Shown here in pieces: positions 20,673-31,022 of a stretch of DNA of 64,000 nucleotides; the stretch's first letter is position 1; each line of letters opens with the position of its first letter. Under the pieces are notes generated by a model. It was not told the origin of the DNA. It made no database searches and saw only the letters and a program-made list of their open reading frames with translations. A program made the translations under genes and the position numbers. The stretch is from an uncultured Clostridia bacterium (lineage in GTDB: Bacteria; Bacillota; Clostridia; TANB77; CAG-508). The stretch lies in contig CAPOZU010000001.1 of assembly GCA_948676835.1 (NCBI GenBank), positions 58,633 through 122,632 on the forward strand. Reading direction: 5' to 3'.

Positions 20673-21644
20673 TTATTTCATTAAATATTCTGGATGTGCA
20701 ATATACCAATCTATTGTTTTTACTATTCCATCTTTAAACATTGTTTTTGGTTCCCATCCAAATTCATTTTTTAATTTTGTAGGATCTATAGCATATCTAT
20801 AATCATGTCCTTTTCTATCTTCAACATGTGAAATTAATGTTTCTGGTTTTCCAAGTCTTTCTAATATTAATTTTACAATTTCAATATTTCTTTTTTCATT
20901 GTGTCCACCAATATTATATCTTTCACCTTTTTTACCTTGGTGTAAAATTATATCAATTGCTTCACAGTGATCTTCAACAAATAACCAATCTCTAATATTT
21001 AAACCTTCTCCATAAACTGGTAATGGTTTATCTTGAAGTGCTAAAGAAATCATGTGTGGTATTAATTTTTCATGATGTTGGTATGGTCCATAGTTATTTG
21101 AACAGTTTGTTACACTTACATTCATTTTAAATGTTTCTGCATATGCAAATGCTATTAAGTCTGAAGAAGCTTTTGATGCTGAATATGGGCTGTTTGGCTT
21201 AATTGGAGAAGTTTCTGTGAAATAACCTGTTTCTCCAAGTGTTCCATATACTTCATCGGTTGATACATGTACAAATTTATTTGTACTTCCTTCTCCCCAG
21301 AATTGTTTTGCGGCTTCAAGTAATGTATGTGTTCCAATTACATTTGTATGTGTAAATATAAATGGATTTTTAATACTGTTATCAACATGAGATTCTGCTG
21401 CAAAGTGAACAACGCTATCAATATCATATTTTTTGTATGTTTCCATTACAAAATCAAAATCACAAATGTCTCCTTGTACAAATGTTATTTTGTCTTTTAT
21501 TGCATCTAAATTATGAATATTTCCTGCATAAGTTAGTTTATCAAATACAACTATATTGTATTTTCCTTCATATTTTTTTACCATTAATTCTGCAAAGTTT
21601 GCTCCTATAAAACCTGCAGCACCTGTTACTAAAATGTTTTTCAT
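20673..21644 (-). CDS. rfbB: dTDP-glucose 4,6-dehydratase
   Basis: MKNILVTGAAGFIGANF... The start at 21644 has a GGAGA ribosome-binding site 7 nt upstream (the track start at 21665 is probably too long). YxxxK motif is present. Confidence 0.9.
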   Translation of the reverse strand: MKNILVTGAAGFIGANFAELMVKKYEGKYNIVVFDKLTYAGNIHNLDAIKDKITFVQGDICDFDFVMETYKKYDIDSVVHFAAESHVDNSIKNPFIFTHTNVIGTHTLLEAAKQFWGEGSTNKFVHVSTDEVYGTLGETGYFTETSPIKPNSPYSASKASSDLIAFAYAETFKMNVSVTNCSNNYGPYQHHEKLIPHMISLALQDKPLPVYGEGLNIRDWLFVEDHCEAIDIILHQGKKGERYNIGGHNEKRNIEIVKLILERLGKPETLISHVEDRKGHDYRYAIDPTKLKNEFGWEPKTMFKDGIVKTIDWYIAHPEYLMK

Positions 21645-21657
21645 TTCTATTTCTCCT

Positions 21658-22407
21658 TTATACATCTATTTTATTATAATCTCTTATTGTTTCAGATAAA
21701 GATAAATCAAATGAATATCCATCTTCATCTATTGCAGCAACTGTCATCCAGCCACCCATTCTTTCTCCGTCTTCACTAATTTCTTCCGCATCAAGATGAA
21801 CAAATTTTACAATATTAGAAAGTTCTTTTATTTTTCCAGCAGAGTTGAATTCCTCATTTTTTAATACTTTTAATGAATCAGCAAATTCTACACTTCCATC
21901 TTTCATTAAAAATAATATAATTGGGTATGGGTCGCCATTTCCCATATGAGCATAATACACTTCTTTAACTTCTTGATTAAATCCTGTTATTTCTTTATTT
22001 TTTACTGGTTCTGTTAATTCTGAAAATAAAAATTTATAATTTTTATCTTCAATATTTGTTGTTAAAAAAGGTTTACCATCTTTTATTTCTATTTCTAATC
22101 CATCACTCGTAGCATACATTTCTGCAACTTCATAATTTACAAAACTAGAATCTGATTTCATTTTACTTGAATCGAATTCTACATCATTACTTTTTTGGGT
22201 TTCTTTGGCTTCATTTTGATTAGAAGTTTGATTTGTTATCTTATCTTTTAATTCTGCATTTTCAGCTTGCAATTTCCACATTTCTTCTGCTGTTTGTAAT
22301 TCTTTTTCAAGTTGTTTTTTATTGATATCTACTTGATATAAATAAAAAACAATTCCAAAAATAGCTAATAATATAATTACTAGTATTAATACTTTACTTT
22401 TTTTCAT
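21658..22407 (-). CDS. Hypothetical membrane-anchored coiled-coil protein inserted between rfbC and rfbB
   Basis: N-terminal transmembrane helix (KVLILVIILLAIFGIVFYLY), a coiled-coil (KKQLEKELQTAEEMWKLQAENAELKDK), and a soluble C-terminal domain. Confidence 0.5.
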   Translation of the reverse strand: MKKSKVLILVIILLAIFGIVFYLYQVDINKKQLEKELQTAEEMWKLQAENAELKDKITNQTSNQNEAKETQKSNDVEFDSSKMKSDSSFVNYEVAEMYATSDGLEIEIKDGKPFLTTNIEDKNYKFLFSELTEPVKNKEITGFNQEVKEVYYAHMGNGDPYPIILFLMKDGSVEFADSLKVLKNEEFNSAGKIKELSNIVKFVHLDAEEISEDGERMGGWMTVAAIDEDGYSFDLSLSETIRDYNKIDV

Positions 22408-22461
22408 CTTACACCTATACTCGAAAAATAAACTATAATAAATAGTTTATTTTCGTTTTTT

Positions 22462-23046
22462 CTATTTTAAATTTTTAAATAAATCTGTGTTTTTTAATTC
22501 TTCTAATGTTGGCCAAACCGCATCTTTTTCAGATGTTAAATATTCCTCTGGTTTCATTCCTGGAACTTCTGGCCATACGATTCCTATTTCTGGATCATTC
22601 CATTTTAATCCACCTTCTGCAGCATGATTATAAACATCATCGCATTTATAGCTAAATTCTGCTTCATCAGATAATACTAAGAATCCATGTGCAAATCCTC
22701 TTGGTATCATGAACATTTTTTTATTTTCCTCAGAAAGAATAACTCCTTCCCATTTACCATATGTTTTACTTCCTGGTCTTAAATCTACTGCAACATCAAA
22801 CACTTCACCTTTTATGCATCTAACAAGTTTTGCTTGAGTATTTTCCTTTTGAAAATGTAGCCCTCTTAAAACACCTTTTTTTGATTTTGATTGATTGTCT
22901 TGTACAAATTCGTTTGTAATTCCAATTTCAGCAAAATCTGGTTTACTGTATGTCTCCATAAAGTAACCTCTGTTATCTCCAAAAACTGTAGGTTCAATTA
23001 CATAAACACCATCTATTGATGTATCTAATCTTTTAAATTTTCCCAT
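22462..23046 (-). CDS. rfbC: dTDP-4-dehydrorhamnose 3,5-epimerase
   Basis: ...DNRGYFMETY...RGLHFQ... matches conserved RmlC catalytic motifs; 194 aa. Confidence 0.9.
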   Translation of the reverse strand: MGKFKRLDTSIDGVYVIEPTVFGDNRGYFMETYSKPDFAEIGITNEFVQDNQSKSKKGVLRGLHFQKENTQAKLVRCIKGEVFDVAVDLRPGSKTYGKWEGVILSEENKKMFMIPRGFAHGFLVLSDEAEFSYKCDDVYNHAAEGGLKWNDPEIGIVWPEVPGMKPEEYLTSEKDAVWPTLEELKNTDLFKNLK

Positions 23047-23093
23047 ATTATCCTTTTCTCCTTTATATAATGTTGTTAAAGAATTGTTACAAC

Positions 23094-24011
23094 TTAATTT
23101 GCATTAAATAAATCACTCTCATAAATTTCTCTATATTGTTTATAATCTTGTTCTGCAATTCTTTTTAGATACTTTCCATATTCAGTTTTCTTATATTTTT
23201 CTGCTTCTACTAACAAATCTTCTTTTGAAATCCATTCATTTCTATAAGCAATTTCTTCTAAGCAAGCTATTTGTGTACCTTGTCTTAATTCAATTGCTTT
23301 AACATAATCAGAAGCATCTGATAATCTGTCTGCTGAACCTGTATCAAACCAAGCATATCCATTTCCTAAAGGAATAACTTGTAGTTTTCCATTTTCCATA
23401 TATACTCTATTAACATCTGTTATTTCTAATTCTCCTCTTTCAGATGGTTTAATAGATTTTGCAATTTTAACAACTTCATTATCATAAAAATAAATTCCTG
23501 GAACTGCAAAATGTGACTTTGGATGTTCTGGTTTTTCTTCTATTGATAAAGCTTTTCCTGTTTTATCAATTTCAACAACACCATAAGAAGTTGGATCTGC
23601 AACTTGATATCCAAATATAATTCCACCTTCTTTTAAATGACTTGCTGCTTTTAAAACTCTTTCAACTCTTGAACCGTATATCATATTATCTCCTAATATT
23701 AATGATACACTATCATTTCCAATAAAGTCTTCTCCAAGTATAAAAGCGTCTGCTAATCCTACTGGTTTTTCTTGAACTTTGTATTCAAATTTCATTCCAA
23801 ATCTAGAACCATCTCCTAATAAACTTTTAAATGCTGGTAAATGAACTGGTGTAGAAATTATTAAAACTTCTCTAATTCCAGCCATCATTAATGTAGATAA
23901 TGGGTAATAAATCATTGGTTTATCGTACACTGGTAACATTTGTTTTGAAACTGCTAATGTTACTGGATATAGTCTTGTGGCACTACCACCTGCTAATATA
24001 ATACCTTTCAT
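23094..24011 (-). CDS. rfbA: Glucose-1-phosphate thymidylyltransferase
   Basis: MKGIILAGGSATRLYPVT...SKQMLPVYDKPMIYYPL matches the RmlA signature. Confidence 0.9.
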   Translation of the reverse strand: MKGIILAGGSATRLYPVTLAVSKQMLPVYDKPMIYYPLSTLMMAGIREVLIISTPVHLPAFKSLLGDGSRFGMKFEYKVQEKPVGLADAFILGEDFIGNDSVSLILGDNMIYGSRVERVLKAASHLKEGGIIFGYQVADPTSYGVVEIDKTGKALSIEEKPEHPKSHFAVPGIYFYDNEVVKIAKSIKPSERGELEITDVNRVYMENGKLQVIPLGNGYAWFDTGSADRLSDASDYVKAIELRQGTQIACLEEIAYRNEWISKEDLLVEAEKYKKTEYGKYLKRIAEQDYKQYREIYESDLFNAN

Positions 24012-24052
24012 TTAATTAAATCCTCCTTTATTGCTCCTCTCTAGAGCATTTT

Positions 24053-24913
24053 TTATTTTAATTCCTCTTTTAAATAATTTGCCAATGCATCTTCCCAATT
24101 ACTTGGCACTATTCCAGCATTTTTTAACTTTTCTTTTGATAACATACTGTTTTTTGGTCTATCTGATGAAGCTGGATTCATTTGTTTATATTCTTCAGAA
24201 GTTACAGGATATACTTTTGTACTTCTTCCTGCTAATTCCATTATTTTTACTGTAAAATCATACCATGTTGTAAATCCTTCGTTTGTTGAATGGTACACAC
24301 CATAAGTTGGTTCTTTTTCCATTATTTGTTCTATTATCTCGCATAATGTTGTTGTAGAAGTTGGGCTTCCATGTTGATCACATACAACTTTTAATTCGTC
24401 ATGTGTTTCTGAAAGTTTTAACATTGTTTTTACAAAATTTTTTCCACCTATTCCATAAAGCCAAGCTGTTCTTAAAATATAATATTTTCCTGCTTTAGCT
24501 GCGTTTTCTTCACCAACAAGTTTTGTTTTTCCATAAGCACTTATTGGTCCTGGAGTCATGTCTTCTGTATAAATTTTTTCTATATCTAATTTTCCGTCAA
24601 ATACATAATCTGTACTTATATGAATAAATGTACTATCATTTTCTTTTGCTGCTTCTGCAATATTTGCTACTGCTAGTCCATTTACTTTATTTGCTAAATC
24701 ATAGTTTACTTCGCAACCATCAACATTTGTATATGCTGCACAATTTATAATGTAATATGGTTTTACTTCATTCGCTTTTGCTAAAACAGCTTCTCTATCT
24801 GTAATATCCAAAGTTTGAAGTGTTGTTCCTATTACTTCATATTTTTTTTCTAATCTTTCTCTTAATTCTCCTCCAAGCATTCCATCTGCTCCGATTAATA
24901 AAACTTTTCTCAT
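24053..24913 (-). CDS. rfbD: dTDP-4-dehydrorhamnose reductase
   Basis: MRKVLLIGADGMLG... 286 aa, matches the RmlD family. Confidence 0.85.
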   Translation of the reverse strand: MRKVLLIGADGMLGGELRERLEKKYEVIGTTLQTLDITDREAVLAKANEVKPYYIINCAAYTNVDGCEVNYDLANKVNGLAVANIAEAAKENDSTFIHISTDYVFDGKLDIEKIYTEDMTPGPISAYGKTKLVGEENAAKAGKYYILRTAWLYGIGGKNFVKTMLKLSETHDELKVVCDQHGSPTSTTTLCEIIEQIMEKEPTYGVYHSTNEGFTTWYDFTVKIMELAGRSTKVYPVTSEEYKQMNPASSDRPKNSMLSKEKLKNAGIVPSNWEDALANYLKEELK

Positions 24914-24974
24914 TTTTTTCCTTCCTCTACTTTATAATTTTACTCATTTTTAAGACATACTTATTATAGCATAG

Positions 24975-25010
24975 AAAACCTTGTTGTCAAAGGTTTTCAC
25001 AAGGTTTTCA
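24975..25010 (-). terminator. Hairpin with a duplicated arm (AAAACCTT-gttgtca-AAGGTTTT, then a second AAGGTTTTCAC copy) downstream of the 25040-26470 gene
   Basis: 8-bp inverted repeat plus direct repeat of AAGGTTTTCAC. Could be a terminator or attenuator ahead of rfbD. Confidence 0.35.
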
Positions 25011-25039
25011 CATTTTTACACAAAACATTCACTTAAAGC

Positions 25040-26470
25040 TTATATAAAAATTATTGGATTTACTGTTATTCCTCCAATTAGAGTAATTAAACATAAGAAA
25101 AATAGCAGTACATTCTTATAATTTTTATCATGAAATATTGAATATAAAAATGACAATAAACATATTTCAATCATAAATAAATTTAAATACATTCTTGTTG
25201 CAATTTTCTCTGGATAACTTATAAATCCAACTACTATCATTAAAACAACAGATATTCTTATTGCAGATGTTATAGAAAATATTTTATTATCTATATGTTT
25301 TAATGTATAAAATAAAATATATACATTAGCTAAATTTACTGCTGCTATACATCTTGAAAGTGAAACATTTGAAAACAAACTTATTTTATTTAGCATTTCT
25401 GGAAATCCAGACATACAAAATACTGTTTCTAAAATCGATACTATTGTGATTGGCAACAAAAATTCAACATTATCATCATTTTTATACATATAATATAATG
25501 CAAATAGCATTGGTAATGGGAATATAGATATAAAACTACCATATAAACTATTTATTGTTAAATCTTTAAATGGTAATACTATATTGTAAAGATATGTAAA
25601 TAGGTATTGTATTCCTTTTACTTCACTTGTAATTGTATCATTGTGATGTACTTGGAAAACAATTTTTGTTATTACAGCACAAATTATTGATATTACTAAA
25701 GTAGAAATAACAACAGTTAATGTTTTTTTATTTTTTAATAATTCTTTATTTTTTATTAAAACCCAAATAATTAATGCTAAAAATACATATCCAAAAGCTA
25801 TTGCATAACCTTCAAATGTAAAGCAGTATGCTACTATACTCGCAAAAATACCAGTTGCATATATTACTCTTTTTATCTTTTTATCTTCTTTTAACAATTT
25901 ATCTAAAAGAACTATAATTAATTGCCCTAAAATTAATGAATCTATTTTTGTAAAATTCCATTGTACAGTTCCAGAAAATGCTACAACAATAGTCCCAACT
26001 ATTGAATACACCTTATTTTTATCAGTAATCAAACTAAATAGTTCATAACTTACTAACAATAATCCATAAAATTTTATATTCCACCATAAAGATAAAACAC
26101 TTTCTGTATTTAAAATCCACTCTTTTAATTCAACTTGATTCTGACAAAAGCCAAGTATTGTAGAAATAATTATCATTATTCCTGAAATTTTAAATCTATT
26201 TTCTACTATTATTGTGTATAGCTTTTTAAATCCTATAGCAAAATGTAATCCTATAAAAATATATATTCCACAAAATGTTATGTTTCTTGGAATTGAAAAT
26301 GTATTTCCAGAATTTACAAATATAAATTCTGTGATTCCTGCTAAAATTATTGATATTAATGCTACTATAAAATTTTTCCCTTTTTCTTTTTCTGTTAAAG
26401 TTTCACGTTTTATTTGCATTTGTTCTATTTCTTTTTTATTCTTTTTGTTTCCCATTTTATATCCTTTCAT
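25040..26470 (-). CDS. Hypothetical polytopic membrane protein (about 13 transmembrane helices)
   Basis: 476-aa open frame, strongly hydrophobic with no soluble domain. Possibly a polysaccharide polymerase or glycosyltransferase-C-like protein by context. Confidence 0.4.
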   Translation of the reverse strand: MKGYKMGNKKNKKEIEQMQIKRETLTEKEKGKNFIVALISIILAGITEFIFVNSGNTFSIPRNITFCGIYIFIGLHFAIGFKKLYTIIVENRFKISGIMIIISTILGFCQNQVELKEWILNTESVLSLWWNIKFYGLLLVSYELFSLITDKNKVYSIVGTIVVAFSGTVQWNFTKIDSLILGQLIIVLLDKLLKEDKKIKRVIYATGIFASIVAYCFTFEGYAIAFGYVFLALIIWVLIKNKELLKNKKTLTVVISTLVISIICAVITKIVFQVHHNDTITSEVKGIQYLFTYLYNIVLPFKDLTINSLYGSFISIFPLPMLFALYYMYKNDDNVEFLLPITIVSILETVFCMSGFPEMLNKISLFSNVSLSRCIAAVNLANVYILFYTLKHIDNKIFSITSAIRISVVLMIVVGFISYPEKIATRMYLNLFMIEICLLSFLYSIFHDKNYKNVLLFFLCLITLIGGITVNPIIFI

Positions 26471-26481
26471 TTGTGTAATAA

Positions 26482-27756
26482 CTATTTCTTCTTATAAGGT
26501 TTATTGGTCTGTCTTTCTCTTGCAATTCCCATATTATTTGATGGTACATCTTCTGTAATTGTAGACCCTGCTGCAATTAATACATCATCTCCTAAAGTTA
26601 CTGGTGCAACTAAATTTACATTTGAACCTATAAATGCTCTATCTCCAATTACAGTTTTATTTTTATTTTTTCCATCATAATTACATGTAATTGTACCACA
26701 ACCAACATTGCCATCTTCACCAATTTCAGTATCACCTAAATATATAAAATGAGGCACTTTTGTTCTGTCTCCAATTTTGGCTTTTTTTAGTTCAACAAAG
26801 TTTCCAACTTTTACATCATTTCCTATAACGCATCCTTCTCTTACATATGCATTTGGACCAATTTCACAATTATTTCCAATTATAACTCCACTTTTTATAG
26901 TAGTATTTGGATGAATTACAGTATCTACTCCAATTATTACATTATCATGAATATATGTTGAATTTGAATCTTCTATTGTAACTCCTTTTCTCATATGTTC
27001 TGCATTTATTCTCATTCTTAAAACTCTTGTTAAAAGTTCTAATTGTGCTCTATCATTTACACCTAAGATTTCTGTATTGTCTTCAACAATAACAGCACCA
27101 GTTTTTAATCCTTTATCATTCATTATTTTAATAACATCAGTTAAATAATATTCACCTTGTGCGTTATTTGGTTTTATATCCTTTAATGCAGATAATAATT
27201 CTTCTATATCAAAACAATAAATGCCTGAGTTTATTTCTTTTATTTCCTTTTCATACATATTAGCATCTTTTTCTTCAACAATTGCCTTAATATTTCCACC
27301 TTCATCACGGATAATTCTTCCATATCCTGTAGGATTTTCATATATTGCAGTTAGAAGTGTAGCATATTCTTTATTTTTAAAGCTTTTTACTATTAAATTT
27401 TCTAAAGTTTCTTTTCTTATTATCGGAACATCTCCATAAAGAATTACAACTTTACCACTTTTTCCTTCTAAGTACTTTGTTGCCTGCATAACAGCATGAC
27501 CTGTGCCTAACAGTTCATCTTGATATGCGTATTTTACAGAATCTCCAAGTACTTCTTCTACTTGTTCTCTTAAATGACCTACAACAGTAACAACTTCATC
27601 AGATCCAACTTGGAATGCTAATTCTGCTACTCTTTTTACTAATTCTTTATCATATATTTTATGAACTAATTTAGATTTTTCTGACTTCATACGTGTGCCT
27701 TTGCCAGCGGCCATAATAACAGTCATTACATATTTCTCTTCTCCATCAATAATCAT
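26482..27756 (-). CDS. glmU: Bifunctional UDP-N-acetylglucosamine pyrophosphorylase / glucosamine-1-phosphate N-acetyltransferase
   Basis: IMAAGKGTRMKS pyrophosphorylase motif and C-terminal left-handed beta-helix hexapeptide repeats (VIIGNNCEIGPNAYV...). The start is ambiguous between 27756 and an internal MTVIMAAG. Confidence 0.85.
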   Translation of the reverse strand: MIIDGEEKYVMTVIMAAGKGTRMKSEKSKLVHKIYDKELVKRVAELAFQVGSDEVVTVVGHLREQVEEVLGDSVKYAYQDELLGTGHAVMQATKYLEGKSGKVVILYGDVPIIRKETLENLIVKSFKNKEYATLLTAIYENPTGYGRIIRDEGGNIKAIVEEKDANMYEKEIKEINSGIYCFDIEELLSALKDIKPNNAQGEYYLTDVIKIMNDKGLKTGAVIVEDNTEILGVNDRAQLELLTRVLRMRINAEHMRKGVTIEDSNSTYIHDNVIIGVDTVIHPNTTIKSGVIIGNNCEIGPNAYVREGCVIGNDVKVGNFVELKKAKIGDRTKVPHFIYLGDTEIGEDGNVGCGTITCNYDGKNKNKTVIGDRAFIGSNVNLVAPVTLGDDVLIAAGSTITEDVPSNNMGIARERQTNKPYKKK

Positions 27757-27880
27757 AAAATCACCTTTCTTAAAACTTTATAGTTTTAAATAAAATTTAA
27801 CAATATTCAAAAACTTCTTTCAGAGTCTAATTCATTTTATTATATTATTATTAATTAGTCAATTGAGTTTATATAATACT

Positions 27881-28471
27881 TTATTTACTAACTCTAGTAA
27901 TTGAAAGTCCGTCACCTATTTCTAATATCTCTGTTTTTAAATTTGGATTTTCAGTTATTTCTTTTATATATTCTCTTAAATGTCTTACAGCAGTTCTTTG
28001 TTTATGTTTATTATAATTACTCATAACATAACCTTTATATAAAACATTATCTGCTAAAATTAATCCATTATTTTTTATTAATCTTATTCCCTCATCTAAG
28101 AAAATAGAATATTTACTTTTGGCAGCATCTATAAATACAATATCATATTCATTATTTAAAGTTGGCAAAATTTGGGTTGCATCTCCAATCATAATATTTA
28201 TTCTATTTGCCACACCTATTTTTTCAACATTTACTATTGCTTCTTTTGCTCTTTCTTCGTCTAACTCTATTGTATCAATTATTGCATTTTCTGCATATCT
28301 TGCAAAACATGATGCAGAATATCCAACAGCAGTTCCTATTTCTAAAATTCTTGTTGGTTTTTCTTGTTCTAAAATTTCCTTTATTTTTTCTAATGTATCA
28401 TCCATTATTATTGGAATATGATTCTCTAATGCTCTTTTTTTTACTATTTCAAATTCTTCTTGATTAAACAT
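27881..28471 (-). CDS. Class I SAM-dependent O-methyltransferase (family 3, YrrM/TrmR-like)
   Basis: LEIGTAVGYSASCFA...IVFIDAAKSKY motifs of caffeoyl-CoA-type O-methyltransferases; 196 aa. Confidence 0.7.
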   Translation of the reverse strand: MFNQEEFEIVKKRALENHIPIIMDDTLEKIKEILEQEKPTRILEIGTAVGYSASCFARYAENAIIDTIELDEERAKEAIVNVEKIGVANRINIMIGDATQILPTLNNEYDIVFIDAAKSKYSIFLDEGIRLIKNNGLILADNVLYKGYVMSNYNKHKQRTAVRHLREYIKEITENPNLKTEILEIGDGLSITRVSK

Positions 28472-28549
28472 TTTTTATCCCTCTTTTTGATTTTTTTACA
28501 GTATTTTTATATCACAAAACATATATTTTTTCAATTATATATATCAAAT

Positions 28550-28578
28550 TTGATTTTTATGTAAATCTATGATATACT
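28550..28578 (+). promoter_or_regulatory. Sigma-70-type promoter TTGATT-17nt-TATACT for GC-rich cassette 2
   Basis: TTGATT at 28550-28555, a 17-nt spacer, TATACT at 28573-28578. The ribosome-binding site AAAGGAGGAA lies 7 nt before the ATG at 28621. Confidence 0.45.
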
Positions 28579-28620
28579 TTTAGAAGCTCAAAAAAATACT
28601 TTATAAAGGAGGAACTTCGT

Positions 28621-28941
28621 ATGCGTAGTGATAATCTTGTATTTGCAATTGTTGAAGAAGCTTTACATCGGAAGATTAACCCTATTGACAAAGAACTGAT
28701 TGAGCGCCACCTCGAGCTTGAAGAATTTTGTCTCACTGTACCTGCTGATATGAATATTCTGAGAGATGCAGAATATTTCTGCAAAAATCAGGATCATTAT
28801 TACATGGTTCAGCTCGGTGAATTTCTTTCCTACAAGAATTTGGAACTGGATAAGCCGTTTGTGGCATATACCAGAGATCCTGTGGGAAGATGCGTTTTGT
28901 CAGGCAATGCCATTCACGAAATGGTAGCATACAGACCTTAA
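28621..28941 (+). CDS. Hypothetical 106-aa protein, compositionally foreign (about 42% GC)
   Basis: Strong ribosome-binding site. Protein MRSDNLVFAIVEEALHRKINPIDKELIERHLELEEF... has no recognisable family. GC and codon usage differ from the neighbours. Confidence 0.5.
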   Translation: MRSDNLVFAIVEEALHRKINPIDKELIERHLELEEFCLTVPADMNILRDAEYFCKNQDHYYMVQLGEFLSYKNLELDKPFVAYTRDPVGRCVLSGNAIHEMVAYRP

Positions 28942-28980
28942 CATTTCCTATAACTGTTAGTGGTTTTTAAGTTCGAAAAA

Positions 28981-29008
28981 AGCGGCGGTCTTTACTTTGA
29001 CCGCCGCT
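28981..29008. terminator. Bidirectional GC-rich hairpin terminator shared by cassette 2 and convergent typA
   Basis: AAAAAAGCGGCGGTC-tttacttt-GACCGCCGCTTTCTT, with A and T tracts on either side. Confidence 0.7.
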
Positions 29009-29021
29009 TTCTTATTATTCT

Positions 29022-30845
29022 CTATTGATTAGCATTTTGTCTTGCTGCTCTTTCTCTATCTTTATTATTTAAGATTTTCTTTCTTAATCTAATACTTTTT
29101 GGTGTTATTTCTACTAATTCATCATCTTGAATAAATTCAATAGCTTTTTCTAAGCTCATTTGAATTGGTGGAACTAAACGAAGTGCTTCATCTGAGCCAG
29201 AAGCTCTAGTATTAGTTAAATGTTTTTCTTTACATACATTAATTGCTAAATCTTCACTTCTTGAGTTTAATCCAACAATCATACCTTCATAAACTTCAAC
29301 ACCAGGTCCTATAAATAAATCACCTTTATCTTGAGCATTGTATAAACCATAAGTAATTGATTTTCCTGCTTCAAACGCAACTATTGTTCCTCTTACTCTT
29401 GCTTGAACATCTCCTTTATATGGTTCATAGCAATCGAATATGTGATTCATAGTTCCTTCACCTTTTGTATCAGTTAAGAATTCTGTTCTATATCCAATAA
29501 TTCCTCTTGCTGGTATTTTAAATTCTATTTTTGTATGTCCATCTTCTGCCGGCTCCATATTAAGCATTTCAGCTTTTCTTCTACCTAATTTTTCTATAAC
29601 ATTTCCAACACAATCATCAGGAACATTAACAACAAGTCTTTCCATTGGTTCGCATTTTACGCCATCTATTTCTTTGAAAATAACTTTTGGTCTTGAAACT
29701 AAAAGCTCAAATCCTTCTCTTCTCATTGTTTCAATAAGAACTGATAAATGAAGTTCTCCTCTACCTGAAACTTCAAATGAATCTGGTGTATCTGCTTCTT
29801 TAACTCTTAAACTAACATTTCTATCTAATTCCTTAAATAATCTATCTCTAATATGTCTTGATGTAACAAACTGACCTTCTTTTCCTGCAAATGGTCCATT
29901 ATTAACACTAAATGTCATAGAAACTGTTGGTTCATCTATATCTACAAATGGTATTTTTTCAGGATGTTCATAATCACAAATTGTATCTCCAATGTTTATG
30001 TCTGCAACTCCAGATAATGCAACTATATCTCCTGCTTCTGCATGTTCAACTTCAATTCTTTTTAATCCATCATATACATAAAGTTTTGCAACTCTTGCAT
30101 TTAAAACTTTATCTTCTGATTTACAGATTGCAACTGGCATATTTAAATCTATTGCTCCTCTTTCTACTCTACCAATAGAAATTCTACCAATATAATCATC
30201 ATAATCTATATTAGAAACTAGCATTTGCATAGTACCATCCATATCGCATTGTGGTGCATCTATTTGGTTTATAATTGTTTCAAATAAACATTCTAAATTT
30301 TCACCTGGTTTATCTAAATCTAAAGTAGCTGTACCTTGTTTTCCAGAAGCATATACAACTGGGAATTCTAATTGATCATCATCAGCTCCAAGTTCTATAA
30401 ATAAATCTAAAACACTATCAACAACTTTAAGTGGTTGTGCTCCTGGTCTATCTATTTTGTTTATTACAACAATTGGTTTTAATTTTAATGCTAAAGATTT
30501 CTTCAAAACCTCTCTTGTTTGAGGCATTGCTCCTTCAAAAGCATCTACTAATAAAACAACACCATCAACCATTTTTAAAACACGTTCTACTTCTCCTCCA
30601 AAGTCTGCGTGTCCTGGTGTGTCTACTATATTAATTTTGATATCTTTATAATGAACTGCTGTATTTTTTGAAAGTATAGTAATTCCTCTTTCTTTTTCAA
30701 GATCATTAGAGTCCATAACTCTTTCTGCAACTTGTTCATTTGCTCTAAAAATACCACTCTGTCTAAGCATAGCATCTACTAAAGTTGTTTTTCCATGGTC
30801 AACGTGTGCAATTATTGCTACATTTCTAATTTTTTGGTTATTCAT
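29022..30845 (-). CDS. typA: Ribosome-associated translational GTPase TypA/BipA
   Basis: [15 protein letters not shown]...DTPGHADF...NKIDR G-domain motifs. 607 aa, EF-G-like architecture. Confidence 0.9.
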   Translation of the reverse strand: MNNQKIRNVAIIAHVDHGKTTLVDAMLRQSGIFRANEQVAERVMDSNDLEKERGITILSKNTAVHYKDIKINIVDTPGHADFGGEVERVLKMVDGVVLLVDAFEGAMPQTREVLKKSLALKLKPIVVINKIDRPGAQPLKVVDSVLDLFIELGADDDQLEFPVVYASGKQGTATLDLDKPGENLECLFETIINQIDAPQCDMDGTMQMLVSNIDYDDYIGRISIGRVERGAIDLNMPVAICKSEDKVLNARVAKLYVYDGLKRIEVEHAEAGDIVALSGVADINIGDTICDYEHPEKIPFVDIDEPTVSMTFSVNNGPFAGKEGQFVTSRHIRDRLFKELDRNVSLRVKEADTPDSFEVSGRGELHLSVLIETMRREGFELLVSRPKVIFKEIDGVKCEPMERLVVNVPDDCVGNVIEKLGRRKAEMLNMEPAEDGHTKIEFKIPARGIIGYRTEFLTDTKGEGTMNHIFDCYEPYKGDVQARVRGTIVAFEAGKSITYGLYNAQDKGDLFIGPGVEVYEGMIVGLNSRSEDLAINVCKEKHLTNTRASGSDEALRLVPPIQMSLEKAIEFIQDDELVEITPKSIRLRKKILNNKDRERAARQNANQ

Positions 30846-30901
30846 TTTTATTTACCCCTTTTTATTTAAAGATTTACATAATTCTCTTTTACAACCATAA
30901 T

Positions 30902-30930
30902 ATTATATACTATTAGCATTTTTTTGTCAA
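30902..30930 (-). promoter_or_regulatory. Consensus sigma-70 promoter TTGACA-17nt-TATAAT for typA
   Basis: On the minus strand: TTGACA (30925-30930), a 17-nt spacer, TATAAT (30902-30907), about 55 nt upstream of the typA ATG. Confidence 0.5.
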
Positions 30931-30970
30931 CGATTGTAGATTTATATTTTATATAATTTAAAATTGGAAA

Positions 30971-31000
30971 GCGCCCCGTTATCATTTGATAACGGGGCGC
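30971..31000. terminator. GC-rich hairpin terminator downstream of the BI-1-like gene
   Basis: GCGCCCCGTTATC-atttg-GATAACGGGGCGC with flanking T tracts on both strands. Confidence 0.7.
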
Positions 31001-31022
31001 AGAGCCTTTTTCCATTTGAAAC

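Noticed and set aside
28557-28930. Two minus-strand open reading frames (75 aa and 65 aa) across the cassette 2 region
   Set aside because: They are antisense to the plus-strand gene, which has a strong ribosome-binding site, a promoter and a terminator. They are Ser/Arg-rich, as expected for reverse frames of GC-richer DNA.
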